Part shown: positions 61,707 through 64,000 of the stretch, piece after piece
Layout: each line of letters begins with the position of its first letter
How positions within the stretch are numbered: position 1 is the stretch's first letter
Source of the DNA: Schmidtea polychroa
Taxonomy: Eukaryota
Direction: 5' to 3'
Assembly (NCBI GenBank): GCA_044892525.1
Contig: CM097885.1
Coordinates: 27,468,001 to 27,532,000 of the forward strand
Length of the DNA stretch: 64,000 bases
Made by a program: the position numbers and the translations under genes
Notes under the pieces: generated by a model
Told to the model about the DNA's origin: nothing
Database searches by the model: none
The model's input: only the letters and a program-made list of their open reading frames with translations

Positions 61707-62101
61707 ATGAGTTCTCGAATCAAATTGCGACAGGAAATTGAACGGATGAAAGTTATGGAAGAAGAAAAATCTCAAAATAATGGAAACGGTAAAACTCAGA
61801 ATAATTTCCGAAATACTTTCAAAGGTGGAAACGAACCATTATCTCTTGATAATACTTATCTTCCAAGTTTAAGTTACCCAATCAACAATATGACCCAAAA
61901 TTACGATTACTGTGAATCCTATACAAACAATCCAAATAATGTTCATTTTACTTCAGAAATGCCAATTGTAACATATAATTTATTAACTAATATAATTTAT
62001 AAAATACAAATGATTGATAGAATTGCTTTGATGTGGATGACTTTATTGCTCTCGAAAACAATTATCACAGGAGAAATGATTCACCTTATATTGTCCCCCC
62101 A
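61707..62101 (+). CDS. Possible first exon of an unidentified host gene
   Basis: aaaATG start, 132 open codons, Asn-rich, ends at a gtaag donor-like site; no recognisable domain. Confidence 0.3.
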
Positions 62102-64000
62102 GTAAGATTTATATATTTTTTAAATGTTTAAAAAATTTATTTACTGTAAATATTAATATTAAAATTTTGATTTAATTTTTACGAAATTTACAGATTAAGA
62201 TTACGCAATAAATATGTATTTTTGAATTCTATAAAATATTTTTCAATATATCTAATTATCTCGTTGAGAAAAAAAATGTAGAATTTCGATAAATTTACAA
62301 TTTTAGATTACTGAATTTTAAATATAATATATATATTATATATACTACGCTTTTTGTATTGATTGATTTTACTTTGCACAACCTATATGGATTCGAGTAT
62401 TTCATTAATAAAGAAATTAAATAGAAATAGCAAAATAAGCCAATTTTGAGATTCGAACTATAATGATTCAATGTGCGCCCCCCTCCCCAACATCCCCTTT
62501 ACAACCACACCTTCTCAATGCACAACCAATCGCTTTTATTTAAACAATTATTTAAGATGCAATTAAATCACTATTAATAAATTATATTGTTAAATTCTTT
62601 TATACCAGAAGCGAATCAATCTAAACTAAGAAATAATATACAAAAGTTGATAAAAGGGATACGACAATTGTTTTCCGATATTGAAATACAAATAATCTGA
62701 ATTAGTGTGTAACTCCAATAAAAAATAACACAAAATGTACAAAATTAGCTGATTAAAAATGAAACTATGAGTAAAATACGAAACGTTTGATACGATATTT
62801 CCCCTCACCCCCCCCCCCCGTCCCACCCTCCCCAATCTATCTTGTTTTAATAATATCTTATAGAAATGGAATCGGAAGTGTGGGATAGCATGTCTAATAA
62901 CCGATTGAATGGTTGAATAAATTAGTTAACGCATAAAAATAGAAAGTCGTATTGATAAATGGAATAAATTTCAACAGTTAAAACGATTAAGTAAAAATAC
63001 CCATTTGTTAGTTAATAGAACCTAAATAGATAATACAATATTAATCCTTTGATTGCCCTAGTGATTTGTAACGAATTAACTAAAAGTGCCAAGCTGCTAG
63101 AGGAAAATAGAAATCATGCGCATTAACTAGGCACGCGGAGCGGTGGCCCCACTCTCTATAACTAGTCACATTAATACACATTCATAATAAAAAAAGAATA
63201 AACTAGAATCGACAAGTATAAAATAGAGATCGTATTAGTTCATGCGGAGCAGGAGCACGATCGCGCTATTTGGCACTCAAAGGGTATATATCAATACATC
63301 ACAATTAAAATATAAAATTGTTTTATTATTGCTTATCTAATTCATTGGGATTATAACACGATTCTATGTGTCTGTCTGGGAAAGGTGGGAGGAGGGCAAT
63401 TACACTATTATATAATCGAGTTTCCAATTTCACTGACCTATGGGATAACATTTTGAGGTTTTGAATAAAATCAAAAACTCTTTACTGGTTTCAAACGTTT
63501 TTTCCAATTGAACCATTATTTAACAAATTTAATTAATTATTGCTACCAATGGAAGTTTGATGAGTTTCAGTGAAATATGGTTGAATAAAATAGTTTAAAT
63601 TATCAAAAATCGCAGAAAAGAGAATCGAATGACCGCCAGTTTCAAATATTTACTGTTTTAGAAACATTTTCAGCATCTTAAAGATATCTTATTCAATTAT
63701 AACTGTGAATATTTCTTCCATTCTTCATAAACTTTCTTCACGAGGCTCTTTGATTTTGATATCTAAGTAAGAGTATACGTCTACAACTTCAGCTTATTAA
63801 AATGATTCCATTTTAATATTTTTGGTGCCATTTCACTGTAAAGTAACTCAAGATTTATGCTAACGTTTTTTTATTTATAACATATTCATTTCTTATTTAA
63901 AATCCAAATTGTGAGAGCTTTGTTTATAGCTAATTCAACAACTGATTCTTCTACTTGTATTATAGGAGTAATTATTATATCATTAAAGGTTTGGTTGGCC

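Overview
AT-rich eukaryotic (animal-like; short GT-AG introns, long (AAT)n tracts) window dominated by nested mobile elements; no CRISPR or rRNA. It holds two full-length but disabled Ty3/Gypsy LTR elements (692-5960 minus; 6887-11947 plus), several hAT elements and MITEs with clear TSDs, a pogo-type MITE, and MULE and piggyBac-like scraps. Two probable host genes are present: a TCF19-like FHA+PHD gene and a SON-like G-patch+dsRBD gene. There are two Polinton/Maverick (adintovirus)-type loci. The first is a decayed protein-primed PolB carrying spliceosomal introns, at the end of a ~4.2 kb fold-back (19.4-26.4 kb). The second is a near-complete, right-truncated virus-like element (47.7-60.8 kb) with major and minor capsid proteins, a PLA2-integrase fusion, packaging ATPase, protease, a fiber-like gene split by a hAT, an unannotated membrane protein with YPEL+PSAP late-domain motifs, and PolB; it is bracketed by a ~590 bp direct repeat. 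Two diverged copies of an unknown coiled-coil gene (6.6-12.5 kb, 45.1-46.5 kb) are each followed by a ~230 nt multi-hairpin element with compensatory and G-U substitutions, a candidate novel structured RNA. All calls come from reading motifs by eye; no searches were run.
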